The notes under the pieces were generated by a model. That model was given only the letters and a program-made list of their open reading frames with translations. It did not search any database and had not been told where the DNA came from. The position numbers and the translations under genes were made by a program. 64,000 nt of DNA, taken from Perkinsus olseni. Lineage: Eukaryota. Location of the stretch: the NCBI GenBank assembly GCA_013115125.1, contig JABANN010000014.1, positions 62,001 through 126,000 on the forward strand, read 5' to 3'. This document shows positions 27,282 to 38,686 of the stretch, piece by piece (position 1 is the stretch's first letter; the number at the start of each line of letters is the position of its first letter).

Positions 27282-29201
27282 ATGGCTACTTATCATCAGT
27301 ATCATGACTACCGCTACAAGTGCCGCCCAGGGAGGTTATCGCACTTGGAAAGAGCGCGGACGCTGTCCTCCACTTCCCGCCTCTACCCAGCCAGTCTTAA
27401 GCGAGACACCAATGGGGATCTCGCCGGTCATGCGGTGAGTCATGACGGTGGCAGCTGGCTTGTGTTCATAGGCGTCTGATGAGTCCTCGCCCGCAGGGAT
27501 GTGTTAACACGTTGTGGTGGTCCGAGGATGGAGAGCTGCTGCTGTCGGGCAGCGACGATACTCGTTTGATGCTCTGGAAGTACAGCGATATCTCTAGAGG
27601 GGATGACGAAGGGAGGTGTAGACCAGCGGAGACCATCGAGACAGGTGACAGGGCTGTAGGCATCGGCATGCTCCTAGTCGGTGTTATCATCATTTTGATC
27701 AGGTCATCGTTCGAATATCTTCCACGCAAGATTTTTCCCCGACCGCTCCTTTCTGGTGGCCAGCTGTAGTCTGGACACCACTGTCAAGGTCATCGACATC
27801 GAGAACGGCATAGTCCTTGAAACATGCAACACGCATAAGGACATGGTCTCCAAGCTGGTACCGTACCACTGATCGCCCCGACCGCCATAGCCTCTGCGGG
27901 CCAGGTCATCCCTTGGGACTGTCCACAGCTGGTCATCTCCTGTAGCGCTGACTCGACCATACGGCAGTTCGACATCCGTGCAGGGCCGTCCTCATCCCAA
28001 GTGCTGTCTCGGTGGGCCCATTGGCGAAGCGGCATCAACGCCATCAGCGGCGGTTGGGCTATGCGGCCCTACTCAGTGGGTTGGCCTCTCTCCGCTCCTG
28101 CTGCTGATCATTGTTGTTATCAGGTTTTAGCGGGCGGCGACTGGCCTGTAGTGCAGCTGTACGACAGGCGACGTATGGTTGCCGACCGCGCGTCGGACTC
28201 CGGCCCTGGCCCTGAGCCTGTGGCTTCGTTCCGAGGGCCCTCTCTCGGAGACAATCGGTCGGAGCGTCTCAACGTCAGTGGTGTATGCTTGTCCCATACG
28301 GGTAGGGTGGCTATTGGTTCGTGGATGAATGGTGAGGGTATTTATGCCTTCGATGTCGACTCCCCCAATGAACCCCTCGGGCCCCCATTCAAAGGCCACG
28401 CTAACTTCCGTACCGTCAAGGAGGTATCGTTGGTTGGGCTGAATCAAGAATATGTTGCCAGTGGTAGTGATGATGGTAATTGGTTTGCATGGCGTCTTCA
28501 GCAAGGGCCTCGGAGCGTGCTGCAGGAGGACTTTGGCGGCACCTCTTCGTCGGACTTGAGCTACGACGATGAAAACAACAGCAGTAGCAATAACAATAAC
28601 CACGACGATGAGGCCCTCTCTCGCTACCACGTGGACCCTAGGCTGTCGTTCATCGGCTTCGGTGGCGACCATGAGGTTGTCAACTGTGTTCAGCAGCATC
28701 CCTCAGACCTGTGCGTTGCTACCTCCGGCATAGACGAGGACGTGAAGCTGTGGCGGCCGGGGAGGACTCAGAAGCGTACCACACACCGGTCGTTGCGGCA
28801 AGCCTGCCGAGCTAACGAAGCACCCGCCAATCTTGGGAGGTACCTCGACTTCCCCGTTATGACCATGATGCGGCTGCTGGACGAACGGGTGAGGAATGGT
28901 ACTATTCATGATGATAATGATGATGATATTGAAGGCGATGAGGAGGAGTTGTTGGCGAGGCGGCAGTTGAGGGCACTCGTAATGAATCGCGCCAGAGTGG
29001 TAGAAAGATACCTTGTTCGCTCAGTTGGCAAGCGTTGCTCGTCGACGCGATTCTGACGAGGACATCCAGAGTGCTCCAAGTGCCGGTGATGAGCCTGAGA
29101 GTGGTGAGGAGGAGAGTGACCAGGACGACGATGATGAAGACGGCTCGACGCCGGACCCGGCAAGACGGCGGCCTCGTATGATGAGGTGTTTACAGCAATA
29201 A
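27282..29201 (+). CDS. DCAF8/WDR42-like WD40 protein, paralog 2
   Basis: [57 protein letters not shown], acidic tail; the exact 3' end (29056 or 29201) depends on a last intron. Confidence 0.8.
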
Positions 29202-29407
29202 CAGGTATTATTACGTCCACTCTCTGTCGTTGTACTATTGTTTAGGACTTTGTGTGTCTTTCATAACCCCATCTTATCTGCTCTCCATGATGACCGTTTT
29301 TCCATCTCTACAACTTGTTGACGAGTTGGGGTTCTGCACTGGTGTATTGGGGGATGGATTCAGGTTTAATTTGTTCAATCGGTCTTTGCCGGGCCTAGTG
29401 AGGTTGA

Positions 29408-31212
29408 ATGCAAATAGATCGACTCAAGCAGCTGCAAGATGCTGCTAGAGAGCGGGGTGTCATCGTCAAGGTTGGCGACCCCTCGTCAGGACGGGTTATC
29501 GGCATGGTGCTCTCATTAGGTCCACATGCTCGGTATAGCAGGGGCCGCTGCGGCGACTGGTGCTGCCGGTGCAGCACTAGCGGCCTCAGCGGCAACGACA
29601 ACGGCTGGTCCTAAAGCGAGTCCAGTGTTCGAGGACTCTGAAGCAGCACCAACCGACTACGATACGAGCACGCCGACCACCCCACAGGAGCAGCAGCGGG
29701 TCGGCACGGGTAGGCGATGGGGAGATCATTGTGTTCATTGTCCAACACCCCGTACAGGAACGGAAGTCGCAGCCTTCCTTGGCGTCTCATGGAAGGCATC
29801 AGAAGCTAAAGCGGAGGCCGACAAGCGACAGTCGATGGATGAGTTCTACGCGCAAGCTGGTAGTGTAGCGGGAGATTCGACGACTTGCGGCGATGCTGTT
29901 CGGCTCAGGCGACGTCCAACGGGACCTCGGCCGGATCAATAAGAATCTCGACCAGTTGGACCAGAAACGGATAGACGTTATTAATGCTACCAGTCAGCAA
30001 CAGGAGCAAGGTGAGCTGCGGCAACAGCTCCTGGGCTTCGTCTAACGGTGATAGTCCCTTCTTAGCTATTCGGGACAATGTCGATGAGATCGTCAGTGAC
30101 GTGAACCGGAGTATGGTGGGAACTAAGAAGAAGGTGAGTAGCTTTACATGATTAGCTGCTAATTTCGTGGCGCAGTGACGCTCCTTCGGCATCTGAGGCG
30201 GTTCATCATCATCATTATCGCAATCTGTTCAGATCGAAGCCATGGGAGAGTCCACCAAAGCCTTCGAGACAAAGTTTGCATCCAAGTGTCACATAGCGTC
30301 TGAACTCCGAATTCGTAACGGCATGGAGCAGGCTGCCCTTCGACGGCTAAATGAATATGTAGTGTCGCATCTTGGCGTTGTAGAGACGAAGGTATCCTGT
30401 TTCAGTTGAAACGTTTTCAAAAATTACAATCGGATTTTAACAGCGACATCCGAGAGAAGGCTCTCCGACAGCTAGCTATCGCAGTACCTGCCGCGACCGA
30501 GGAAGAGGTACCAGTCGTGTCGACTCCGACGTTGTGTAGGGTGTGGTCCTTGTTAGAGGGAGGCTATGGTTGACCAAGGGGTGCAGCCCCAGGAACAATA
30601 CTTCAGGTCGAAGCAGGACAGGATAACCAAGCTACAGGGCTTACGGGACAGGTGAGTGACTGAGGGCTGGCGTTGACGGTTATTCCTCTCTCCTTGGCAG
30701 GTATGAATCTATTCAACGACTGGAACAGTCGATTCAAGAAGTTAACCAAATGATGATCGAACTAGCGGTAGGAAGGGGCAGGTCTTTCTTGACTCTGATG
30801 GCCGCGTACCGGTCGAAGATGTTGTTGGAGGTTATCCTTACTGGGTGTCTCTGGTTGCTTCAGTTGTTAGTGGAGCAGCAAGGAGAGATGCTCGATTCTA
30901 TAGAGTTCAATGTTGTGAACACTAAGAATAATGCTGGTAAGCATCTTGAACGTAGAACGTCATCTGATGATCATCATCGTCCTTGCGTGCGTCAGCTCGT
31001 ACTGAACGGGCGTTGATCAAGGGTCGCAAGAGGCAGCGTCGTAACTTGTGGATCAAGTTCTGTATATGCGTCTGCTGCGTCGTCTGCATCCTCGCACTGG
31101 TGAGCCATCCATCTCCCGTTTGTCATCCCCTCATCTTCGGCTCCCGTCTCAGGTCCTGGGTCTTCTCTCCTACTTCAAGGTGCTGTTCCCATCTAATAGC
31201 AGCAGCAGGTGA
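29408..31212 (+). CDS. Syntaxin (Qa-SNARE), multi-exon
   Basis: MQIDRLKQLQ N-peptide; SNARE motif RYESIQRLEQSIQEVNQMMIELALLVEQQGEMLDSIEFNV; C-terminal TM WIKFCICVCCVVCILALVLGLL. Confidence 0.9.
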
Positions 31213-31604
31213 TCACCATTTAATGTTATTATACTTGTTTTGTAAATTGTCCCCACCATTGCCATCACCCAATTGAAGCGCGCATCAGGCGAGTCACCAC
31301 CGTTCTACTACTACTCTACCAGCTGCCCTCGAGCAGCGCCTTCTCTCCACCACTGTACCTCTTTTCGATCATTAAAATTACTCAAGCCGCCGAAGCCGCT
31401 GGTCCCGAGGCAGGCACGGGCGCCAAGTTGCTCTCTTTGGACATTCGAGTACTATATATTATCTCTACCTGCGGAGGCAACCGGCAGGCGGATCATTGTC
31501 ATCCAAAGATCTTGTTGAGTTTGGACTCTCCCTGGTCGGGCTGTCCGGCTACACTTTGTCGAGATACTAGTGGTTATTTTTTACACCCCCTTCTGCTGCA
31601 TCTA

Positions 31605-31754
31605 ATGCTGTTCGCTCGATTCGGCCCCAGGACTGCTACCAGAGCCTTCTCAAGCTACAAGTCGGCCCATCAGGAGACTCCCCTCACCTACTACCGTGCC
31701 ACCCAGCATGCAACATCCTCTATCAATCACCGTTTGGCTTATGTCAACGCGTAA
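31605..31754 (+). CDS. Candidate 49-aa microprotein with mitochondrial presequence-like N-terminus
   Basis: MLFARFGPRTATRAFSSYKSAHQETPLTYYRATQHATSSINHRLAYVNA; sits alone in an 850-bp gap and is preceded by a pyrimidine-rich tract. Confidence 0.45.
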   Translation: MLFARFGPRTATRAFSSYKSAHQETPLTYYRATQHATSSINHRLAYVNA

Positions 31755-32067
31755 AAGCTGTTGCTGCTCCGCTCCGCCGCCCTGTGGTTCTCTGAATCGC
31801 CCATGCTCTTTCAGGGTCTTCGTCATCTGGGTGTGCGACTCCTTGAATGCCATCCTCGACTGGTAGAAGCGGCAGAGGGATGACAGATGATGGACATGTT
31901 AGTATTAGTTTTCAGTACCTCCCAGCGACATTTGTGTTCCGAGGCGGGCACCCGGATCCGTCCCCGAGCAGCAGCCCGTTTTCTCTTCCGGCTACATCGG
32001 GTGGTGCTACTCGTTTTCTGGTAGAGTTTGTTTACTCCCTTTTCTTACTAGTGTTAACCCTACCACC

Positions 32068-32889
32068 ATGTCCGGTGCTGGTTCTATGATCGCCTTGGGC
32101 CCGTTCTTCGCCATTTGCCAAGGCTGCGGTGTCTCCATGCAGAAGGGCCTCTTGTCGTTGTTGAAGCAAGTTGGTATAACCTACGGTATCAACGCCTTTG
32201 TTCGCTACAGTGTCAACAACATGCTGCCCGAGGGCTTCTACGATACTCTTCCATGGGGGCCTACGGTGGAACTCATGCTCTGCTGCTTGGATCTCCTGGG
32301 TATGGTCCAAATAATCTTCTACTCGGATTGCCTCAAGGTAGGCTTTGAAGATGATGCCCGTCGGGCTTTGGCTGTTGGAGTCACCTGGGCGACACTCGAG
32401 GTCATTCGCTACAACTACAACTGGGGCCTCACTGTTGAGATGCATCAATCCAGGCTGGCGGTCTTCACCCCATCGACCATCATGAGCAACGTCGTTCTCG
32501 CGGGAGACGTCTCGCTAGCGGTTGGTATCTGGCTAGCGTACAAGTTCGGCCTGCAACTGCTCCCTCTCCTCGTGATCTTCTTGTCGGCATTCGTTCTGCC
32601 GGGCTTGGCCATTGACCTGCGTACCATCTTTGGTATGCACGACTGGGACAACGAGTTTCTCGTAACCGTCCTGTCAGTTGCAGGGCTGATCTCGCTGTTT
32701 GCTTACTGGGTGTGGGGTAAGTACTATCCTGAGGGTGCAGCGAAGCAGGCGGAGATCGACGAAGTAGCTGAGGAAAAGCGTGAGAAGGAAGCTGCCAAAG
32801 AGGAGGACACCAAGTCGGGCGATATGGTTCCTCAGCGTCGCAGCAAGAAGGCCCGAGCTGCTGCTGCCAAAAGGAATAAGCACGATTGA
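32068..32889 (+). CDS. TMEM147: TMEM147-like multi-pass ER membrane protein, single exon
   Basis: 273-aa ORF with several TM segments; LGPFFAI..GVS, GITY, LDLLGM, LAVGVTWATLEV and SNVVL follow the TMEM147 pattern. Confidence 0.65.
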   Translation: MSGAGSMIALGPFFAICQGCGVSMQKGLLSLLKQVGITYGINAFVRYSVNNMLPEGFYDTLPWGPTVELMLCCLDLLGMVQIIFYSDCLKVGFEDDARRALAVGVTWATLEVIRYNYNWGLTVEMHQSRLAVFTPSTIMSNVVLAGDVSLAVGIWLAYKFGLQLLPLLVIFLSAFVLPGLAIDLRTIFGMHDWDNEFLVTVLSVAGLISLFAYWVWGKYYPEGAAKQAEIDEVAEEKREKEAAKEEDTKSGDMVPQRRSKKARAAAAKRNKHD

Positions 32890-33165
32890 GCCACCACCTG
32901 TAGAGAAATGAGGCGCAATTGGAGTTTATGTTTCATTCCGTTTATTCGACGAGTATTGTACAGTAATTTCTCCATCGCATTGCGTTGTTAGTGGCCTTGT
33001 GGTGGAGCGAGTGATATCCATATTAGAATTCAAGCCCCTGGTTAGCTGACGAGCATTACTGACCGCCAATATATTGGTGGGGTCTCCAGGCCAGGCCACC
33101 GATGGTCTATGGAGAGACAACCTGTCGGTTTCCCAGTCTGGGAGATCTCTCAGAAATACTGCTCC

Positions 33166-34620
33166 ATGGCATCGCTAACGCCGATTCTTGAAGACTCCAC
33201 CGGCATTCTGGCCGCGAAAATGGAAGCTCTGAGTATGCGAATGAGCAACCTTGAGAGTCTGTTCTTACCGAATATACCCAGCGTAACGGAGCCCCACCCC
33301 ATAGCTCTTCTCAGTGAGTGCCACCTGTGGAAAGCAACCATGATGCGAAGGGGAGCCTCAGCTTGCCGAGGGGATCACCATTGGTACCAGGTACGATGAA
33401 CCGCTCCCTGTCGGAATGCTTGAGCTTAATCGAGAGAACGGAGTGTGAACTGCGGGACGAGATAGATCGGGTCCAGCACGAGCTGAAGGCCCTTCTGGAC
33501 TCGAGAATCGAGGTGAGTAGGGCCTCGATGGCTCTATTAGGGTCTAGCTGAGCGCTTCGGTCGTCCAATTTGGCCGTTTGAAACTGGGTCCAATCCAGTT
33601 TGAAACTGGGACGCGTGAAGGCTGTCCAAAGTGCTCTGCCGCAACCGAATGCAGTTTCATTTAGAGTGTTCATACCCTAGCTAGCGATGCACTCGCCAGA
33701 GTTGACTCACTAGAAGTTGCGCGGTCTGGAGATGTTTCGCGGATCGACAAGCTGGTGAAGGATATTAATATTCTCAAACGGGATGATCGCAAGGAGGCGC
33801 AGGTAGACAGTTGCTCCTCAAGTTCGATACTCTCGAATCTGGGAGGCTTGTGTTCTACGCAGGCCCAGAACAAGACACGGGAATTGGCCGAACATATCGC
33901 TGAGCTCCGTCACGACAACCACAAACTTCGCGTCGAAGTACGTCGCGAGTATTCCTTCCTCTTAACCTTCCGTCTTCAGGTGGAAAGTTTATCTGAAACA
34001 TGTGGGGACTTGGATAAGCGATTCGCTTCTACCAGCTCCCTAGCGGAGATCCAGGAGCGCGTCCACACTATAGACGAAGTTGCACAGCGATTTGACCAAA
34101 CCGACAGGTCCATGAAATTGGTACGTCTTTCTCGAGGAATCTGCGGTGTGGGGAGCTACTGACCGCTTACCTCCATGAACGAACGTTCACACTTGTCGTA
34201 GGTCAATGAGGAGGTTCTCCGGTTGAAGGAACGGTTGCTGCTGAGCGAAAACTCTAGGGAGGATGAGATCGGCGCTGTTCGGACGGGCTTGGCTGCCCTG
34301 CAGACTTCGATCACCGCGGATCTAGACACTCTTAAGCTCAAATTTGAGCAGCTCGAGAATGTACGCCTTGTGAAGATTGCGCGGCAGAATGATCACTTGT
34401 CAGAGTCGATGGTGTCCGTCGTTCGACGAAGCGCAGCGGCTCGATGATCATCCACAAGGCCCTGATGTGGTACCAGGCGTGGCTAGTTTACAGAAGATCA
34501 GCTTGGAGGTGAAGAACATGGCCCGTGGAGGCTACGGCAGGAGCTCCTACGGATCAACATGAACGCCGCTCTGCGCTATGATATGATTTGTGTTCGACCC
34601 ACGTTGGAGACAGGAAGGTG
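33166..34620 (+). CDS. Hypothetical coiled-coil protein, multi-exon; 3' end approximate
   Basis: Heptad-rich exons (ELRDEIDRVQHELKALL, ELAEHIAELRHDNHKLRVE, LKLKFEQLEN) separated by GT-AG introns. Confidence 0.65.
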
Positions 34621-34691
34621 AATAGAAGAAGGAAGATGTCCACGTCAAGATCTCTGAGCCAAGATGGCCGACGAAAACCATGATGTACGCA

Positions 34692-35188
34692 TCATCTAGT
34701 CGAACATACAACTGTGGGATACCCTGTTAGACACCCTGTTGCTGCGCGGAACGGCAAGCGTTCACTACACAACACTAAAGCAACGGCTATAGGTATCAAC
34801 TCAGGCGCGAACTCTACGTCAAAGCACAGGTACTTTTCAGAGCAGATAAAATTTCTCAAGGGGTTCCCACGGTAAGCCCAACAGAGTTGTGTGAACGAGT
34901 CTGTCACCTTCAAATTCAGAGTCCGAACTTCGGGGTCCGGAGAGCTTAAGCGAAATAAGCTTACGTGCTGGATCCAAAATCCAACAGGAACGGAAGATAG
35001 AAGTTTACGGAGACGTTCTGGTTCTTTCCTCCATTCAGTCACTGAATGATGCAAAGAATCTTCGAGTCTCGAATAAAGCGATAGACTCGGAAGTCAACGA
35101 GAGGCTTCGGGAGAAACGATCGCCCAGCTTTAGCATAAATGAATCGGCGGCTAAAGGAGCTAGCATAAATGGCTGCTAAATCTACCAT
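34692..35188 (-). pseudogene. Frameshifted gene fragment of unknown family
   Basis: Two overlapping ORFs (35039-35335 and 34692-35054) in different frames with no clear intron; ATG in MVDLAAIY. Confidence 0.3.
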
Positions 35189-36249
35189 CGTCCCCAACAC
35201 GAGAGATTGACTCCAGCGATGACTGACTCGAGAACAAGTAGCTGCCACCAGTACAGCACTACAACTCAGGACAGTGTGGCTATCTGAGACGGCGCCCAAA
35301 GAGAGGTGAAATTGGACTGGATGGGAGCTATGCAATAATGTGATCTACAGCACACTAAGCTAAGCTCAGCGTAGCACGTATACTCATGAATGCGAGTGCG
35401 TCAGACGGTTATCTGATACTACGATGGTACGAAGTGGCAGTAAAGGTAAGTGTAGCGATGATAGTCCAACAGCTGAATAGTACTCAACCTGGCTGTAGCT
35501 GTTACATAGCGTGTACTATAGTCGTCAATATGTTGTCACTATGTTGTCACTATAGTGCACAGCGAAGACAGGGAGACGCTAGCGCCACGGAGGCGCCATT
35601 GGCACGCATGTCGAGCAGGCATGATAGCGCTGCGGGATCCCGGATGGAATGTGAAGTATCGGGGTGGCCGTAGAAGACCGAAACAAAGATGTCCGTGTGG
35701 GCAGACAAGTCTGAGTGGCTCTGGATGACGGACACTCTCAATACTTGGAACTCGAAGTCTATAATGCGTTTTTGTCTCCCTGTTGTCTCCCAGTCCTCTG
35801 TCAATATATGTCGTTATATCAAGTCGTCGGCCCAATAGTTGCCGAGATCGCAGTGCGGCTTGCGTGGAGCATACATTCACAAATGTCAGCCCTTTCGTTC
35901 TTTCCCAAAGAATCCCGTAGAAGGTTCGTAATGCCGCTTAATTGCTATGAATTGCGGGGATAGGATGCGTGCCGCACGTGCACACGCAGCGGGTGAGTTG
36001 GATAGCTTACTACGCTAAGCAAAGCGTGGCCACTGTCGATTTTGGCGGAGCTGAAAAGAGACTTACCCGGGTTAAGCTAACCCTTGAGATATATTATTTC
36101 TTTGCTTTGAGCAAAGTGACGGTGAGTCACCGCCTGCGAGTCCCGGCTTGGACTCTATCGAACAACACGTGAAGTTTGCGATTAGTCGACAAGTTACATT
36201 CGTTTGTGTTAGCTTTCATATACATTTCTAGGTCTCTCTGCCCTCACCA

Positions 36250-37038
36250 ATGAACTCCATCCTGGCGTGGTTAATCGCTGTTCAGCTTCTGGCTCAAGGC
36301 GAAGCCCAAATTCGCCAAGGCAAATATGATTACTACTTGAACGACTCGACCCAGTTGACCTTCTTCGTGCGCGTACCAGATACAACCCAGGGTGAACCCA
36401 GCGTTCTTTTGTCGGTCTTTCCGGGGTCCTCCTATTCTGGTTCCCTCGACCCTCTTATTAGCGGCAGCAGTACCGAGTTCTTCCCATTGAGAAGAAGAAC
36501 CCGTGGTTCTGACACTTACACCGTCGCCTTGCTAAGTCGACGAGACGTCGAGGGGTTCGTTGCAGGCATACAAGCGTTTCTACCAAGTGCTAGACGACAG
36601 TCTGGGGATCTTACCACTCTGACTGTCGAGGGCGATAATGTTATTAGCACTACTTTTCAAGGCCAACGGATTGAGTTCCGTCGGCGCCTTCCTCCGCCGG
36701 TAATTCCAGGCATCTTCAAACAGTCCGGATACAACTTAACTTTCATCGTTGAAAGCAGCGGCACGGTTACAGTAGAAGCTGGGTGTCCCGAGAGTCCTCG
36801 GCCTGTCAGCGGCATATTCAGCCTGACTCACTTGGATGGCAACTTGTTCGAGGTTAGAAGCACGAGAGCCCGGGAGAATCTACTTCAGAGACTGAGTGAA
36901 TCTTGTCCAAGCAAACCGGTCAGCGAGATGGACTTCCCGCAAGTTAGTTTTGTACCTGAGGGCCCTAGCCCGTTAGGCCCTACTATAGTGGTGCAGATTG
37001 GAGTGTGGTATGTGTGGTTTGACAAGGTCGAAGGCTGA
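36250..37038 (+). CDS. Secreted lineage-specific protein, single exon, 262 aa
   Basis: Signal peptide MNSILAWLIAVQLLAQGEA; pyrimidine tract with AG just upstream; beta-rich, apparently two related halves. Confidence 0.8.
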   Translation: MNSILAWLIAVQLLAQGEAQIRQGKYDYYLNDSTQLTFFVRVPDTTQGEPSVLLSVFPGSSYSGSLDPLISGSSTEFFPLRRRTRGSDTYTVALLSRRDVEGFVAGIQAFLPSARRQSGDLTTLTVEGDNVISTTFQGQRIEFRRRLPPPVIPGIFKQSGYNLTFIVESSGTVTVEAGCPESPRPVSGIFSLTHLDGNLFEVRSTRARENLLQRLSESCPSKPVSEMDFPQVSFVPEGPSPLGPTIVVQIGVWYVWFDKVEG

Positions 37039-37099
37039 AGCCCTCAAGTTCTAATCACCTCCACTAATTTTGTCGCCCTGCTGGAGGGCCTACTCGTCA

Positions 37100-38260
37100 G
37101 GAAGACTGCATTTTGTATCTCTTGTCAGGCGGAGTTCGGCTTGGCAAGCTTCACTTGCGCAATGCGCTATTGTACTGGGAATGTATCGAAGGTTGCGCAG
37201 CGCGCTCCTGTATTATTTGGTTTGGATCAAACCTTTTCATTGTCGCACCTTTTCATTGTCGCACCGTTGCTCAAGATATTCGCAATTGTGCTCTTCTTGA
37301 CGGTTCGCAATCAACCGTCTGTAAAGGCCCGGGTATGTTGCAACACTGTGTTACTGAGGATTCGCCTAGGACGGCTCACTCGCCTGTGGCCCTCATTTTG
37401 TCTACACAAGCAAGAATCCTGCCTGAGTGATATTGTTGAGTCCCTTAGATCGGAGGGTAAATACACTTTTCCAAGGAACCCTGCACAAAGGGGTGTGATC
37501 GAATTGAGCACGCGGAAGTTCTTGCTGCTGCTTGGAGTATAAGAACGCGACAGTGGATAGTCAGGAGGGGTAGAAGATAGATCTTGCTTCCCTCCAGCGA
37601 AAGAATCGGAACGAATAAACTGTGCCTTTTCCAGAGCCGCTTGAATAGTAGTAGGATTCGCATTCCTGACCTTCCGAGCCAAATCGACTGAATAACCCTT
37701 CAACCCACGAATAAACGCCGTTAAGATGACAGGCTCAACCTGGTCAGCTTGAAGTTCAGGATAAGAAGTGCGGCTCTATGAACCGCTTGATGTCATTCTG
37801 CTATGTGAAAAGAGACTCACTTCCAGGATCAAAGCCCCTCTGACTCAACATCTCGCTACTTCGAATCTGGGTAGCAACGTTGAGTTTCTTGGCCACATTG
37901 TTCACCAAATGCTCCATAGTATCTTTCTTCACAGGTAGTACAGTACCAGACATCTAAAGACCGGAAACGGTTGTGCAGGGATAACTTTTATTGAAGAGCA
38001 AGTTAGGGGCTGGAATTTCTTTGGTGAGTACTCCATCGCTTCTGGATGCTGCAATTGCCCCGGAGTGAGGCCACGGCCCTGAAGAGCTTACCCTGGCCTC
38101 AAATGGTCTGCGTCAGACCAAGATCATATTGGCAGGTATCCTCTTATCAAGCCTATCATAGCAATGGCTCTTCGCCTTGCCTTCCTTTGAGGCCGTGCGT
38201 AGTAACGGAGGAGATCGAGAAACTCCGGATGTAATGAGCTCTTGCCTCGGACAGACTCAT
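37100..38260 (-). mobile_element. Decayed gag-like ORF of an LTR retrotransposon
   Basis: Stop-interrupted frame from ATG 38260 includes VILTAFIRGLKGYSVDLARKVRNANPTTIQAALEKA (Ty3/gypsy capsid-like) and a degenerate knuckle CLCRQNEGH. Confidence 0.6.
37231..37265 (+). repeat. 16-bp tandem duplication ACCTTTTCATTGTCGC x2
   Basis: Directly visible in the sequence. Confidence 0.9.
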
Positions 38261-38686
38261 AACTTATCGACGAATCGTCGACGACGATGAGCTTGACAAA
38301 AGTTTGTTTGTCAAATTATGTCTTCAGGTGATAGAGCAGATTGTGAATTCTGAGACCTGAGTCCTTCCATCGGAACTGGGAGTAACTGTGTCAAGCTGCG
38401 TCAGGCAGCTTGCCTGCCATTTGCGAGCACAATCGGCAAGACGGCCGACTCTAGTCCGACTGCTAGAGGCCGACTGCTATTGACAGCTTAAACGGTGTGT
38501 TGCACGCTGCTCGTGTCCTTAAGTGGCCCGATGATGCACTCTCATAAAAACTCGACTACATCCTCATTATACTATTGAAAAAGCGCCTCTTTTCTGCATC
38601 GACTCCATTGAGGAGCCCATTGGACGAAGGATAATATAGCCATATAATCGATAACCACCCACAGTTTACGTTGAGAATGATGACAA

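Noticed and set aside
36283..36298. CTTCTGGCTCAAG resembling the SL 3' end
   Set aside because: Lies inside signal-peptide codons (LLAQG); short match
38293..38314. 8-bp inverted repeat TTGACAAA...TTTGTCAA upstream of the gag relic
   Set aside because: Too short to be significant; no paired LTR or PBS identified
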